Below, in pieces: positions 1-9,346 of a stretch of DNA of 64,000 bases. Position numbers and translations under genes: made by a program. Each line of letters starts with the position of its first letter. Within the stretch, counting starts at the first letter, position 1. The stretch covers positions 1,216,001 to 1,280,000 of the forward strand of contig CAWELD010000003.1 in the NCBI GenBank assembly GCA_963809895.1, read 5' to 3'. The notes under the pieces were generated by a model that had not been told where the DNA came from, searched no databases, and saw nothing but the letters and a program-made list of their open reading frames with translations. Source of the DNA: an uncultured Gemmatimonadales bacterium. Its GTDB lineage: Bacteria > Gemmatimonadota > Gemmatimonadetes > Longimicrobiales > Gaopeijiaceae.

Positions 1-340
1 CGGCCCAGGACCACACGCGGCTGCGGCCGTAGAGCACACCGAATTCCCCGGCGCCGCCGTCGCCGCCACCGTCGGGAAAGCCTTCGAATTCGGCCAATCC
101 GGCGAAGCGCAGCGCCCAGAACCGGGAGCGCTTCTGGTAGTTGATCTGAACGATCCAGCCCAAGCCGGACTCTACCCCTCCGCCCGCACCGATCGTGAAC
201 CCGGCGTCCAGCCAGACACGGTTGCGCGCGGGCTGCTCCGGGGCGGTCTGGGCGGATGCGCCGCGGGGCGCGGCGACCAGCACGAGGGCTACCCACAGGC
301 CGGCGCGGAGGAGCGCCCGGGGGGCGGAGATGGGAATCAC
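1..340 (-). CDS. Exported hypothetical protein, possibly outer-membrane beta-strand rich; 3' end lies outside the window
   Basis: Translated by hand (not in ORF track): GTG at 340 with GAGGT upstream; MIPISAPRALLRAGLWVALVLVAAPRGASAQ signal-peptide-like start; open to the window edge. Confidence 0.55.
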   Translation of the reverse strand, partial: MIPISAPRALLRAGLWVALVLVAAPRGASAQTAPEQPARNRVWLDAGFTIGAGGGVESGLGWIVQINYQKRSRFWALRFAGLAEFEGFPDGGGDGGAGEFGVLYGRSRVWSWA

Positions 341-456
341 GGGACCTCACATTGGCGGGTTGCGATCGACGGCAAACTAGCCCGGCCTGTCTTGCGACAC
401 ACCCGACCCCCTCCATGTCTGAAACAGAATGCCCCCACGACCGTGAGGGCATGGAG

Positions 457-518
457 TGTCACTTCTCACGAGGATGGCCCACCTATTCTCACGAGCATGA
501 TCCACCCCCCTCGTGACA
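457..518. mobile_element. IS21-family terminal region
   Basis: Starts TGTCAC; two copies of TTCTCACGAG(G/C)ATG at 463 and 486; lies just past the istB remnant stop; internal repeats in the ends are typical of IS21. Confidence 0.6.
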
Positions 519-550
519 ACCTGGGTCTTAGTGGTTGGTGAGGGTCGGCG

Positions 551-1044
551 CTAGGTCATGGGTCCTCCGGGAGGTGTCCGACCGGGCCGCTGGCGGCTGC
601 GATAGCTGTCGCCCTCGATGACGATCTGGAAGGCGTTGTGGGCGAGGCGGTCGAGGGCGCTCTGGGCGAGGATGGGGTCGTTGAAGAGGGGGATCCATTC
701 CTCGATGGTCCGGTTGGAGGTGACGATGGTGGACGAGTGGCGGTGCCGCTCGATGATGACTTCATGGAAGTCGCTGGACTGCTGGCTGTTGAGGCGTCGA
801 AGGACGAAATCGTCGATGATTGAGGAGGTCGGGGGCGAGGAGGGAGCGGAAAGCCTTTTCGGTGGAGTTGTCGGCCCGGGACTGGTGGATCATACGCAGC
901 AGGTGGTCGCTGCGGAGGAAGAGCACGCGGCGGCCGGCGCGGCAGGCCGCGTGGCCGAGGGCGCCGGCGAGGAAAGGTCTTGCCGACGCCGACGGGGCCG
1001 AGGAAGAGAACGTCCTGGTGGCGCTCGAGGAAGCCGAGGCCGGC
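551..1044 (-). pseudogene. istB: IS21 helper ATPase IstB, frameshifted and N-terminally deleted
   Basis: Walker A GPVGVGKT, Walker B LL.IDDF, and STIVTSNR..EEW...FNDPILAQSALDRLAHNAFQIVIEGDSYR spread over three frames; TAG at 551-553. Confidence 0.85.
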
Positions 1045-1188
1045 CCACTGGGGCGGATCGAAGCGCTCCTCCGTGAGGGGCTGGAGGGCGGCGCGCTCGA
1101 CGTCCTGGAACACGGCCAGCGGGCGCTATCGCGTCGTGCCGTGGAGGCGGGTTCCCGCGGCCTCACGGCACCAGACGATCGCGCGCTC
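1045..1188 (-). pseudogene. istA: IS21 transposase IstA internal fragment fused to the istB remnant
   Basis: WCREAAGTRLHGTTR*RPLAVFQDVERAALQPL matches the IstA R-x-H-G-T-T-x-x-R-P...ER..L.PL segment; contains an internal stop. Confidence 0.65.
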
Positions 1189-1400
1189 TTGGACCGTCGA
1201 GGAGTTCGACTTCACCTTCCAGAGTTCGATCCGCCTCAAGATGCTCGGCAGCTTCCTCGGGCCGGAGTTCGTCACCAAGGGACGCTCGGCCATCTTCAGC
1301 GGCCCGACCGGCCGCGGCAAGACGCACCTGGCCGTGGCTCTGGCCTACCGGGCCGTCCAGAATGGCTTCGACGCCCGCTTCACCACGGCCGACGAGCTCC
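1189..1400 (+). pseudogene. istB: Second, oppositely oriented IstB fragment
   Basis: TVEEFDFTFQ...FSGPTGRGKTHLAVALAYRAVQNGFDARFTTADEL; truncated before Walker B. Confidence 0.8.
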
Positions 1401-1740
1401 GCGTTCGTGTCAACGCGTGCGACGAGACCGAAGGAACGGCTGGCGTCAGCCAACGGGAGGTAGAGACCTCCTTTCGTTTGGTCCTGGCCGATCCCTTCGC
1501 GTCCCTCGGTTCCTACCAGCCCCGCGTCGTCCACGACGCTGACTATCGCATACGCATGAAGATCGAGGATCGAGAGGAGGGCGGCGAACGAAGCTGGCAC
1601 GGGCCACGATAGGCGGCACGGGGCGGACCCGCAACGGACGTGCGCCGTCTTGCCCTCCACCTACCCGCATCCTACCGTGCGCCTTGAGCTGGGGCGGACG
1701 ATCGACGCCAAGCAGCTGTGAACCGGACGCGGGAGATGCG

Positions 1741-2178
1741 ATGAGCGCGACGCCACCAAAGGCACGGAGCGGGGATTCGAGGCAGGCGTTCCCCGGCTAC
1801 GGCGATCCCATCACGGCGCCGTTCTGGGACGCGGCAACCCGGGAGGAGCTGTTGGTGCAGCGGTGCACGGCCTGCGGTCACCACCAGTTCTACCCTCGGC
1901 GCTTCTGCCTCGAGTGCTCGTCGGAGGCGGTCGAGTGGGTGCGGGCGCGTGGGACCGGCACCGTCTACTCCCAGACCACGGTCCATGTCCAGATCGCGAC
2001 CGAGTTCGAGCCGCCGTACGTGGCGGCTCTGGTAGAGCTGGACGAGGGCCCCCGCCTCCTCACCAACCTGGAAGGGCCGTGCGCCATCGGCGACCGGGTG
2101 GCGGTGCGTTGGCGGGAGCGGCAGGGCCTTCCGCCTCTCCCGGTTTTCACTCCGGATCGACCTGGCGCGGAGCACTGA
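1741..2178 (+). CDS. Zn-ribbon/OB-fold protein (DUF35/ChsH2-like)
   Basis: PFWDA...QRCTACGHHQFYPRRFCLEC, GTGTVYSQT, PYVAALVELDEGPRLLTNL. Confidence 0.9.
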   Translation: MSATPPKARSGDSRQAFPGYGDPITAPFWDAATREELLVQRCTACGHHQFYPRRFCLECSSEAVEWVRARGTGTVYSQTTVHVQIATEFEPPYVAALVELDEGPRLLTNLEGPCAIGDRVAVRWRERQGLPPLPVFTPDRPGAEH

Positions 2179-2284
2179 CGCCCGAAGCCCTTCCCTGGAG
2201 ATACCGGACCCGGACTCAATGGTGGGCCGAGATCGGTGGTTCTCAGGGCAGGAGCCGCGGCTCCTGGTCTACGGCGGCCGAGGA

Positions 2285-2472
2285 AGTCCCCAGCAGCATC
2301 ATCCGTAGCGCCAGCTCCGGGTCAATCCCCGGTCGCCCCTTCCCGGCCGCGTAGCACGCTGCCACTGCCTCGTCACTGTGCGCGCATAAGCAGCGATTAA
2401 CATCGGACGGCCTGAATCCAACTCCTTCCCCCTCTGAAACCCACCCTGATCCGCCGTCGTCTTTCAACAGCC
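2285..2472 (-). mobile_element. IS5/IS1182-type remnant (end plus transposase N-terminal fragment)
   Basis: YAAGKGRPGIDPELALRMMLLG resembles the DUF772 GRP-x-I-x-P motif; GGCTGTTGAAA at 2472-2462 resembles the terminal repeat of such elements. Confidence 0.6.
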
Positions 2473-3543
2473 TTTCTTCACGAAGGACCTGCCCAGGCGG
2501 TCCTCCACCATGCGGTCCGCCGCCTGTTCAGTCCCGATGTCCAAGCGGCGAGCGACGGCGAAGACCTCCCTCACCGTGTCGTAGATGCCGTCCAGTGCCT
2601 GATCCATGCGGGCCCGATCCCACCCGACCAGGTCGACCGATCCCGAGATCACACCGCCTGCGTTGGCGACGTAGTCCGGCACGTAGTGAATGCCCCGCTC
2701 GCGGAGACGCTCGCCCTGCTCCGGGTTGCGGAGTTGGTTGTTCGCCGCTCCGCACACGGCCCGCACGCGGAGACGCTCGACGCCCTCCGCGTCCAATACG
2801 CCCCCCAGAGCACACGGCGCGAAGATGTCCGCGTCCACGTCCAGGATCTCGTCGGGCGGCACCGCCTCGGCCTGGAGCTCCTCCACGGCCGACCGTACAC
2901 GGCCCGGATCCACGTCCGCCACCACGAGTCGGGCGTCCTGCTCGTGGAGGAACCGCGCCAAATTGAAGCCTACGTTCCCGAGGCCCTGCACCGCCACCGT
3001 GCGGCCCGACAGATCCGGTGAGCCCCACCGCTCCGTGGCCACGGCCTCCATGGCACGGAACACCCCCCGGGCCGTGAACGGCGAGGGGTCACCCATGCCT
3101 CGCTCCAGACCCGCCACGTGGCGGGTCTCACCCGCGATGCACGCCATGTCCGCAGGGGTCGTCCCCACGTCTTCTCCCGTGGCGAACAAGCCGCCGAGCC
3201 GCTCCACGAAGCGCCCATGCGTACCGAAAAACGCGGCCCGAGCCGCGGCTTCGTCCGGCGCGGGTCCCAGGATCACGGCCTTCCCGCCTCCGAACGGAAG
3301 CCCGGCGAGCGCGTTCTTGTAGGTCATGCCGCGCGAGAGCCGGAGGACGTCCTCCAGGGCCTCGCCGAAGCCATCGTACCGCCACACGCGCGTCCCCCCC
3401 ACGGCGGGCCCCAGGAGTGTGCTGTGCAGGGCGATGATCCCCAGGTAGCCGACGGAAGGATCGCGGCAGACGGTCACCTGCTCGTGGCCCATGGCATCGA
3501 GCACGGAAGAAAGATCTCGAAGGCTGTCCAAGGATGTCTGCAT
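2464..3543 (-). CDS. ldh: Glu/Leu/Phe/Val dehydrogenase (leucine dehydrogenase-like)
   Basis: GPAVGGTR, LSRGMTYKNA, GGGKAVI, TGEDVGT, VAVQGLGNVG, GAANNQL, PDYVANAGG; start could be 3570. Confidence 0.9.
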   Translation of the reverse strand: MQTSLDSLRDLSSVLDAMGHEQVTVCRDPSVGYLGIIALHSTLLGPAVGGTRVWRYDGFGEALEDVLRLSRGMTYKNALAGLPFGGGKAVILGPAPDEAAARAAFFGTHGRFVERLGGLFATGEDVGTTPADMACIAGETRHVAGLERGMGDPSPFTARGVFRAMEAVATERWGSPDLSGRTVAVQGLGNVGFNLARFLHEQDARLVVADVDPGRVRSAVEELQAEAVPPDEILDVDADIFAPCALGGVLDAEGVERLRVRAVCGAANNQLRNPEQGERLRERGIHYVPDYVANAGGVISGSVDLVGWDRARMDQALDGIYDTVREVFAVARRLDIGTEQAADRMVEDRLGRSFVKKGC

Positions 3544-3769
3544 CGGTCCGTCTGCCTCGGCGCGTGGCACGCTGACGGATCGCGTCCGGGATCCTCCATG
3601 ATGATGATCGGCGTCCCGGTTGCGTCCTAGAGAACGGTGGATCTCACAGCTTCAACGGATGGAGGGCAAGGACGATGGAACCGCGAGTTGAGTCGCCGGC
3701 GCACGGTAGGGCATGGGTTGGCCATGGGCAAGCAGAGGTGAGCCTACCCCTGGTCACCGGGGAACGCCC

Positions 3770-4972
3770 ATGACCACAGCGGGAGCTGGACGGGGCTGCG
3801 CGTCCCATCTGGAGTGCGCCATGTGCGGCGCGACGTACGAGAGCGAGCAGCTCCTCGGGGTCTCGCCCTGCTGCGCAACGAGCTTGCAGGTCCGTTACAA
3901 CCTCGACGCGATCCGGCATCGGTTCCGGCCCGACTTGCTCAGGGACCGACGCCCCGATCTGTGGAGGTACGAGGACGTTCTTCCCGTGAGGGACCGGCGG
4001 TACCAGGCGCGCATCGGGGAGGGGTTCACACCGTTGGTCGATGCCGACAGAACAGCGAAACGACTGGGTGTGAATCGTCTTTGGATCAAGGACGAGGGGC
4101 AGAACCCCACCGGCAGCTTCAAGGACCGGGGGGCTGCCGTGGCGGTGGGAAGGGCCGCCGAGCTCGGTGCCCACGCCGTGGCCATCCCCACGATCGGGAA
4201 CGGGGGCGCCGCGGCGGCGGCGTATGCGGCCGCCCTGGGACTCCAGGCCCACGTCTTCGTTCCGCGGGACACCCCACCCGCGACGCATGAGCAGATCCGC
4301 AAGCTCGGGGCTGAGCTCTACATCGTGGACGGCAGCCTTTCGGCCGCGCGGCAGGCCGTGCGGGACGGTGTGCGCGATGAAGGCTGGTTCGACCTCTCGA
4401 CGCTGGAGGAGCCGTACCGGGTCGAGGGCAAGAAGACGATGGGGTACGAAATCGTGGAGCAGTTGGGGTTCCGCATTCCCGACGCCATCCTCTACCCCAC
4501 CGGCGGGGGCACCGGCCTCATCGGCATGTGGAAGGCATTCCAGGAGATGGAGCGCCTCCGGTGGATCGGCCCGGAACGGCCCAGGATGATCGTGGTCCAG
4601 GCTACCGGCTGCCACCCCATGGTCCGCGCCTGGGAGGCCGGCGCGGACGTGGCCGAGCCCTGGGAGGACGTGCGTACCTACGCATCCGGCTTCTGCGCCA
4701 CCAAGCCCTTCGGCGACTACCTCATTCTCCGGACCCTTCGCCAGTCCAACGGCACGGCTGTCGCCGTCCCGGATCGTGCCATGGAGCGCTGGGTCGGAAC
4801 CATCGCGGCGGACACCGGCCTCTTCGTCTCCCCCGAGGGGGGCGCGACCGTGGCCGCCGTGGAGGCGCTCCGCGAGCGGGGAGACCTGGGAGCGAGCGAC
4901 GAGGTGCTGGTCTTCGCCACCGCGGGCGGCCTCAAGTACGTAGGCCGCGACCCGCGCGATGCCGGGGAGTAG
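3770..4972 (+). CDS. thrC: Threonine synthase (PLP fold type II)
   Basis: N-terminal Cys pairs, GEGFTPL, KDEGQNPTGSFKDRG, EPYRVEGKKTMGYE, YPTGGGTG, PEGGAT. Confidence 0.85.
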   Translation: MTTAGAGRGCASHLECAMCGATYESEQLLGVSPCCATSLQVRYNLDAIRHRFRPDLLRDRRPDLWRYEDVLPVRDRRYQARIGEGFTPLVDADRTAKRLGVNRLWIKDEGQNPTGSFKDRGAAVAVGRAAELGAHAVAIPTIGNGGAAAAAYAAALGLQAHVFVPRDTPPATHEQIRKLGAELYIVDGSLSAARQAVRDGVRDEGWFDLSTLEEPYRVEGKKTMGYEIVEQLGFRIPDAILYPTGGGTGLIGMWKAFQEMERLRWIGPERPRMIVVQATGCHPMVRAWEAGADVAEPWEDVRTYASGFCATKPFGDYLILRTLRQSNGTAVAVPDRAMERWVGTIAADTGLFVSPEGGATVAAVEALRERGDLGASDEVLVFATAGGLKYVGRDPRDAGE

Positions 4973-4988
4973 CCGGCGGTGACCCGGT

Positions 4989-6263
4989 TCAGGCACTCGG
5001 CGGCTCGACCGCGGGGCCGCCGTCCAGGCCGTCCTTCAGGACGCGGCCTTCCTTAAGGACCAGGACGACCCGCGATGGGTCCAGGGCGTCGATATCGACG
5101 AGCGGATCGACGTCGGTGACCACGAGGTCCGCCAGCTTGCCGGGCTCGATGGTCCCGATCCGGTCTTCCCAACCCAGGCACTCGGCCGCGGTGCGGGTGG
5201 TCGCCACGATGGATTCCATGGGCGTCATGCCCAGATGCTCACACATGAGGCCGAGCTCGCGCAGGTTCGTGCCGTGGGGCACGATGCCGGCGTCCGTGCC
5301 CATGGCGATCTTCACTCCCGCGCGGTACGCGTTTCGGATGCTCTCCCGGTGCGCCTCGATCATTTCCCGGACCTTATCCAGGGCCCAGGCCGGCATGGAT
5401 CCGGCCGCCTCGGCCTGCTCCACCACCCCCACCGGGGCAAGCAGCGTCGGGACCAGATAGACCCCTTTATCGAGGAACATCTCGATGGCCTCGTCGTCCA
5501 GGTAGACGCCATGCTCAATGGAGTGCACGCCCGCCCGCAAGGCGTTCTTGATCCCGTCCATCCCCTGCCCGTGGGCCATCACCCGGGTGCCCCTCCGGAA
5601 GCCCCCCTCCTCCACCATGACCTCCAGCTCCTCGCGCGAGAACTGGGTGAACTCCGGATGGTCGGTCGGGCTCACGGCTCCTCCCGTGGCGCACACTTTG
5701 ACGACCTCCGCTCCCGCGCGCAGCACCTCGCGCACCTTGCGGCGGACGCCTTCCACCCCGTCGCAGATGCCCTTCGGCATACCGGGATGACTGACGAAGA
5801 GCTCGAGCTCGCTCCCGGATGGAAGCCAGAAGTCCATGTGGCCCCCGGTCGGCGACAGGGCGGCGATGCTGATCTGGACGCGCGGCCCCTCCACCATCCC
5901 CTGCTCCACCGCTCGCTTCAGCCCGAGGTCCGCGCCGGCCGCGTCCCGAACCGTGGTGATGCCCGCGTCGAGGGTGCGGCGCATGTGGACGACGGACCGG
6001 TAGAACGAGAGGGAGAACGGCGTGGTCGCCATCTTCTCCATCACGTCCATCCGGAGCATCAGGTGGACATGGGCGTCGATGAACCCCGGGAGCAGCGTGC
6101 CACCGCCGGCATCGATCTCCCGTACCTCTCCGCTCGGGCGGGGCAGCCCGGCGATCGGCCCGCAGGCTCGGATTTGGCCGTCCTGGATCAACACGGCGCC
6201 GTCACCGACCGGAGGAGCTCCAGTACCGTCGATGAGCGTGGCGTTGCGGAGCAGGGTGTACAT
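4989..6263 (-). CDS. Metal-dependent amidohydrolase (Xaa-Pro dipeptidase-like subgroup)
   Basis: LLPGFIDAHVH, GITTVRD, KVCATGG, SIEHG, AMGTDAG, GTIEPGKLADLVV. Confidence 0.9.
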   Translation of the reverse strand: MYTLLRNATLIDGTGAPPVGDGAVLIQDGQIRACGPIAGLPRPSGEVREIDAGGGTLLPGFIDAHVHLMLRMDVMEKMATTPFSLSFYRSVVHMRRTLDAGITTVRDAAGADLGLKRAVEQGMVEGPRVQISIAALSPTGGHMDFWLPSGSELELFVSHPGMPKGICDGVEGVRRKVREVLRAGAEVVKVCATGGAVSPTDHPEFTQFSREELEVMVEEGGFRRGTRVMAHGQGMDGIKNALRAGVHSIEHGVYLDDEAIEMFLDKGVYLVPTLLAPVGVVEQAEAAGSMPAWALDKVREMIEAHRESIRNAYRAGVKIAMGTDAGIVPHGTNLRELGLMCEHLGMTPMESIVATTRTAAECLGWEDRIGTIEPGKLADLVVTDVDPLVDIDALDPSRVVLVLKEGRVLKDGLDGGPAVEPPSA

Positions 6264-6409
6264 GCGGACCTCCTCATGCTACAGGACACGTTGGTGACGA
6301 TGCATGGATCAGAGGGGTGTCCGCGGTCGTGTCGGCGGGCATGGTAGCCGCCGGGTCCGAGGCGCGGCAAGCCGGTGTGCCCGACCGACGAGACGGTCCC
6401 AACGGTGGA

Positions 6410-6437
6410 TAGGTACAACAGCACCCATGGCTGCGTC
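6410..6437 (+). promoter_or_regulatory. Candidate ECF-sigma promoter, copy 1
   Basis: TAGGTACAA-N15-CGTC; one of four copies with identical spacing. Confidence 0.7.
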
Positions 6438-6446
6438 TTCCAATCG

Positions 6447-6520
6447 CATGGGTGAGGAGGGGTCGGTCCAGATCGTGTCGTACCTTGGGATCCGACTCGT
6501 CGGGTGGACTCGACCGAATC
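6447..6520 (+). pseudogene. Degenerate fragment of the thiolase-like gene (copy of 8350-8425)
   Basis: catgggtgaggaggggtcggtccag...taccttggg...ggactcgaccga aligns with 8350-8425; MGEEGSVQIVSYLG vs MGEEGSVQVGEYLG. Confidence 0.75.
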
Positions 6521-6542
6521 GAATCGCGAGGGGACGAGTGTG

Positions 6543-8081
6543 ATGGAGCCTGGGAAGGGGCCGAGGGGTGGAGTCGAGTTGGTGAGGGATGACCGAGGAG
6601 GGTCCGTCATTCGGCCGGTGCTCGGCATTGTTCTGGTGCTGGCGAGCCTCGCCGCATCCTGCTCCGACCCGTCCCTGACGGAACCGATGGGGCTGGACCG
6701 CGGTCCGGGACCCGACCCACAGGGCGGGCCGGTCACGGCCTTCGTGGACGTGAACGTCGTGCCCATGGACGCGGATCGGACCGTGCAGGGGCAGACGGTC
6801 CTGGTCCAGGACGAGACGATCGTGGAGATCGGCCCGGCGGACTCGGTCCAATTGCCGGACGGTGCCCGGGTCGTGGAAGGCTCTGGACGCTGGCTCATGC
6901 CGGGGCTGGTGGATGCGCATACGCATCTCGGCACGAATCTGTCCGAGTTCACCAACCGGATCCCGCCGCAAGAAGAGCTCCAGGAGATGGCCGAGGGCCA
7001 GATGCTCCTCTACCTGGCCAATGGGGCCACGACGATCCTCAACATGGGGAGCTTCGCGGAGCCGGTGCTCCAGTGGAGGAGCGATGTGATCGAGGGTCTC
7101 TATCCCGGGCCCACCATCTATGCGTCACACTGGCTCCGGGGTCCTCCCGGCACGCCCGACGGGGGGCCGGGGATCTTCGCTCCCACGACACCGGACGAGG
7201 CTCGGGCGTGGGTCCGGGAGACCGCGAACAGCGGCTATCACTTCCTCAAGCTCTACAACTGGCCATCGAAGGCCGTCGTCCTGGCCGCCATGGACGAGGC
7301 AAACACGCAGGGCCTGGCCATCGCCGGTCACTTTCCCCACACCCTGCCCGTTCAGGAGACCCTCGCCTCGGGGATGGACCTGGTGGCCCACGCGGAGGCG
7401 TACCTCTGGACCTTCTTCCACTACGGGGTCAGCGACGAGTTGGTCCCCGACGCCGTGGCCATGACCCAGGGTGCCGGCGCCTCGGTCGCCACAACCCTCG
7501 GGGTGACGAAATGGGAGGCCGCCGTCTGGGGTGGGAACCAGGCCGGGATCGATGCGTTCTGGGCGCTGCCCGAGGTCCGGTACATGCACGCCAGTGAGGT
7601 GGGCCTCCACAAGGAAGGGCTGGACGGCACACGCTGGAATCCGGCGGGAGCGGGGCCCGGCGACTACGACGCACGCTATCAGTTCGTCCTGAGATACACC
7701 CGGGAGTTCTACGACGCCGGCATCCGGCTGCTGGCCGGGACGGATTCGCCCACGGTCCTGGGGGCGGCCGGGTTCTCGCTCCTCCGGGAGCTCGACATCC
7801 TGCAACAGCAGCTGAACCTGAGCCCGTACCAGGTCCTGGAGTTGGCCACCGGAAACCCGGGGGATTTCGTGGACGAGTATGTCCCCGAGGCGAGCCGGTT
7901 CGGTCGCGTGCAAGCGGGTTGGCGGGCGGATCTGCTTCTTCTGAACGGTGATCCGCTGGCGTCTCTGGACAACGTGCGGGACCGGGTGGCGGTCATGGCC
8001 AGGGGAAGGCTCTACACGGAGGACGAACTCCAGGCGGGACTCAAAGAGCTGGCCGCCCGGTACGTCGGAAACGGGGGATGA
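6543..8081 (+). CDS. Amidohydrolase-family lipoprotein
   Basis: Lipobox-like LASLAASC, MPGLVDAHTH, LANGATTI, LAGTDSP, GRVQAGWRADLLLL; start uncertain. Confidence 0.85.
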   Translation: MEPGKGPRGGVELVRDDRGGSVIRPVLGIVLVLASLAASCSDPSLTEPMGLDRGPGPDPQGGPVTAFVDVNVVPMDADRTVQGQTVLVQDETIVEIGPADSVQLPDGARVVEGSGRWLMPGLVDAHTHLGTNLSEFTNRIPPQEELQEMAEGQMLLYLANGATTILNMGSFAEPVLQWRSDVIEGLYPGPTIYASHWLRGPPGTPDGGPGIFAPTTPDEARAWVRETANSGYHFLKLYNWPSKAVVLAAMDEANTQGLAIAGHFPHTLPVQETLASGMDLVAHAEAYLWTFFHYGVSDELVPDAVAMTQGAGASVATTLGVTKWEAAVWGGNQAGIDAFWALPEVRYMHASEVGLHKEGLDGTRWNPAGAGPGDYDARYQFVLRYTREFYDAGIRLLAGTDSPTVLGAAGFSLLRELDILQQQLNLSPYQVLELATGNPGDFVDEYVPEASRFGRVQAGWRADLLLLNGDPLASLDNVRDRVAVMARGRLYTEDELQAGLKELAARYVGNGG

Positions 8082-8119
8082 TCGGAGCGGCACGACGGGG
8101 TCGCTGCCATCCCCCCCGA

Positions 8120-8147
8120 TAGGTACAAGACCGCGCTTGCTCCCGTC
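8120..8147 (+). promoter_or_regulatory. Candidate ECF-sigma promoter, copy 2
   Basis: TAGGTACAA-N15-CGTC, about 35 nt before the thiolase-like operon. Confidence 0.75.
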
Positions 8148-8182
8148 ATACTTTCCGAACGGAAATCGCGGAGGCCCCCGCA

Positions 8183-9346
8183 GTGCTTGAAGGGACAGGA
8201 CGACCCGTGTACATCGCCGGCGTGGCCGAGAGCCCCCTGGGCGAGGTCCACGACGAGACCGAGCTCTCCATGGCCGCGAAGGCCTCTCGGGAGGCCCTCG
8301 CCGAGGCCGGCATGACCCTGGACGACGTCGATGGCCTCCTCGTCAACTACATGGGTGAGGAAGGGTCGGTCCAGGTGGGGGAGTACCTGGGCGTCCAGCC
8401 CCGCTGGGCGGACTCGACCGACATCGGGGGAGGAGCCTTCGAGGCGTTCGTCCACCATGCCGCCACCGCCATCGCCCAAGGCAGGTGCGACGTCGCGCTC
8501 ATCACCTATGCGTCCCGGCAGCGGTCTCGCCGGGCGCGAACCAAGACCAGCGCCATGATGGAGCCCCGGCCCGATTCCCTGTCAGCCCAATTCCAGTCGC
8601 CATTCGGCCTTCCGCAGCCCATCGGCCAGTACGCCCTCATCGCGGCACGCCACATGGCGCAGTTCGGGACGACCTCCGAGCAACTGGCGGAGGTGGCGGT
8701 CGCGGCGCGCGCCTGGGCCGGGATGAACCCGAAGGCGTGGAGCCGTGAGCCCATGACCGTGGAGGACGTGCTCTCCTCTCGCATGATCTCGGATCCCCTC
8801 CACAAGCTGGACTGCTGCCTGGTGACGGACGGGGGTGGAGCCGTCGTGCTCACCCACCGCGACCGGGCTCGGGACGCCGCCAAGCGAGCCATCCGCGTGT
8901 TGGGCGCCGGAGAAAGCCATATGCACTGGCACATCAGTCAGATGCCCGACCTCACGGTGAGCCCGGGGGTCGTATCCGGACGAGAGGCATTCGAGGTCGC
9001 CGGGCTCAGCCCCTCCGACGTCGATGTCCTCGAGCTCTACGACGCGTTCACGATCAACGTCGTCATGCACCTGGAGGATCTGGGCTTCTGCCGGAAGGGG
9101 GAAGGAGGGGCCTTCCTCGAGGACGGAAGGCTCCGCCCCGGCGGGTCCCTGCCCACCAACACACAGGGCGGAGGGCTCTCATACTGCCATCCGGGAGCGT
9201 TCGGGATCCTCCTTCTGGTGGAGGCCGTTCGTCAGCTCCGGGGAGAGTCCGGCGAACGTCAGGTGGAGGGCGCGCGGATCGCCCTCGCGCACGGGATGGG
9301 CGGCGTCCACTCCACGGCCGCGACCGTGCTCCTGGGGCGGGATTGA
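8183..9346 (+). CDS. Thiolase-like protein (SCP-x/Ltp2-type)
   Basis: SSRMISDPLHKLDCCLVTDGGGAVV, ELYDAFT, NTQGGGLSYCHPG, EAVRQLRGE. Confidence 0.9.
   Translation: MLEGTGRPVYIAGVAESPLGEVHDETELSMAAKASREALAEAGMTLDDVDGLLVNYMGEEGSVQVGEYLGVQPRWADSTDIGGGAFEAFVHHAATAIAQGRCDVALITYASRQRSRRARTKTSAMMEPRPDSLSAQFQSPFGLPQPIGQYALIAARHMAQFGTTSEQLAEVAVAARAWAGMNPKAWSREPMTVEDVLSSRMISDPLHKLDCCLVTDGGGAVVLTHRDRARDAAKRAIRVLGAGESHMHWHISQMPDLTVSPGVVSGREAFEVAGLSPSDVDVLELYDAFTINVVMHLEDLGFCRKGEGGAFLEDGRLRPGGSLPTNTQGGGLSYCHPGAFGILLLVEAVRQLRGESGERQVEGARIALAHGMGGVHSTAATVLLGRD

Noticed and set aside
1141..1150. Distal att copy (gtggaggcgg)
   Set aside because: Only ~10 nt match, expected by chance at this GC content, and it lies inside the istA remnant
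1622..1649. Fifth copy of the ECF motif upstream of the DUF35 gene (and a similar one upstream of 6263)
   Set aside because: CGTC is present but the -35 (GGCGGACCC) does not match TAGGTACAA
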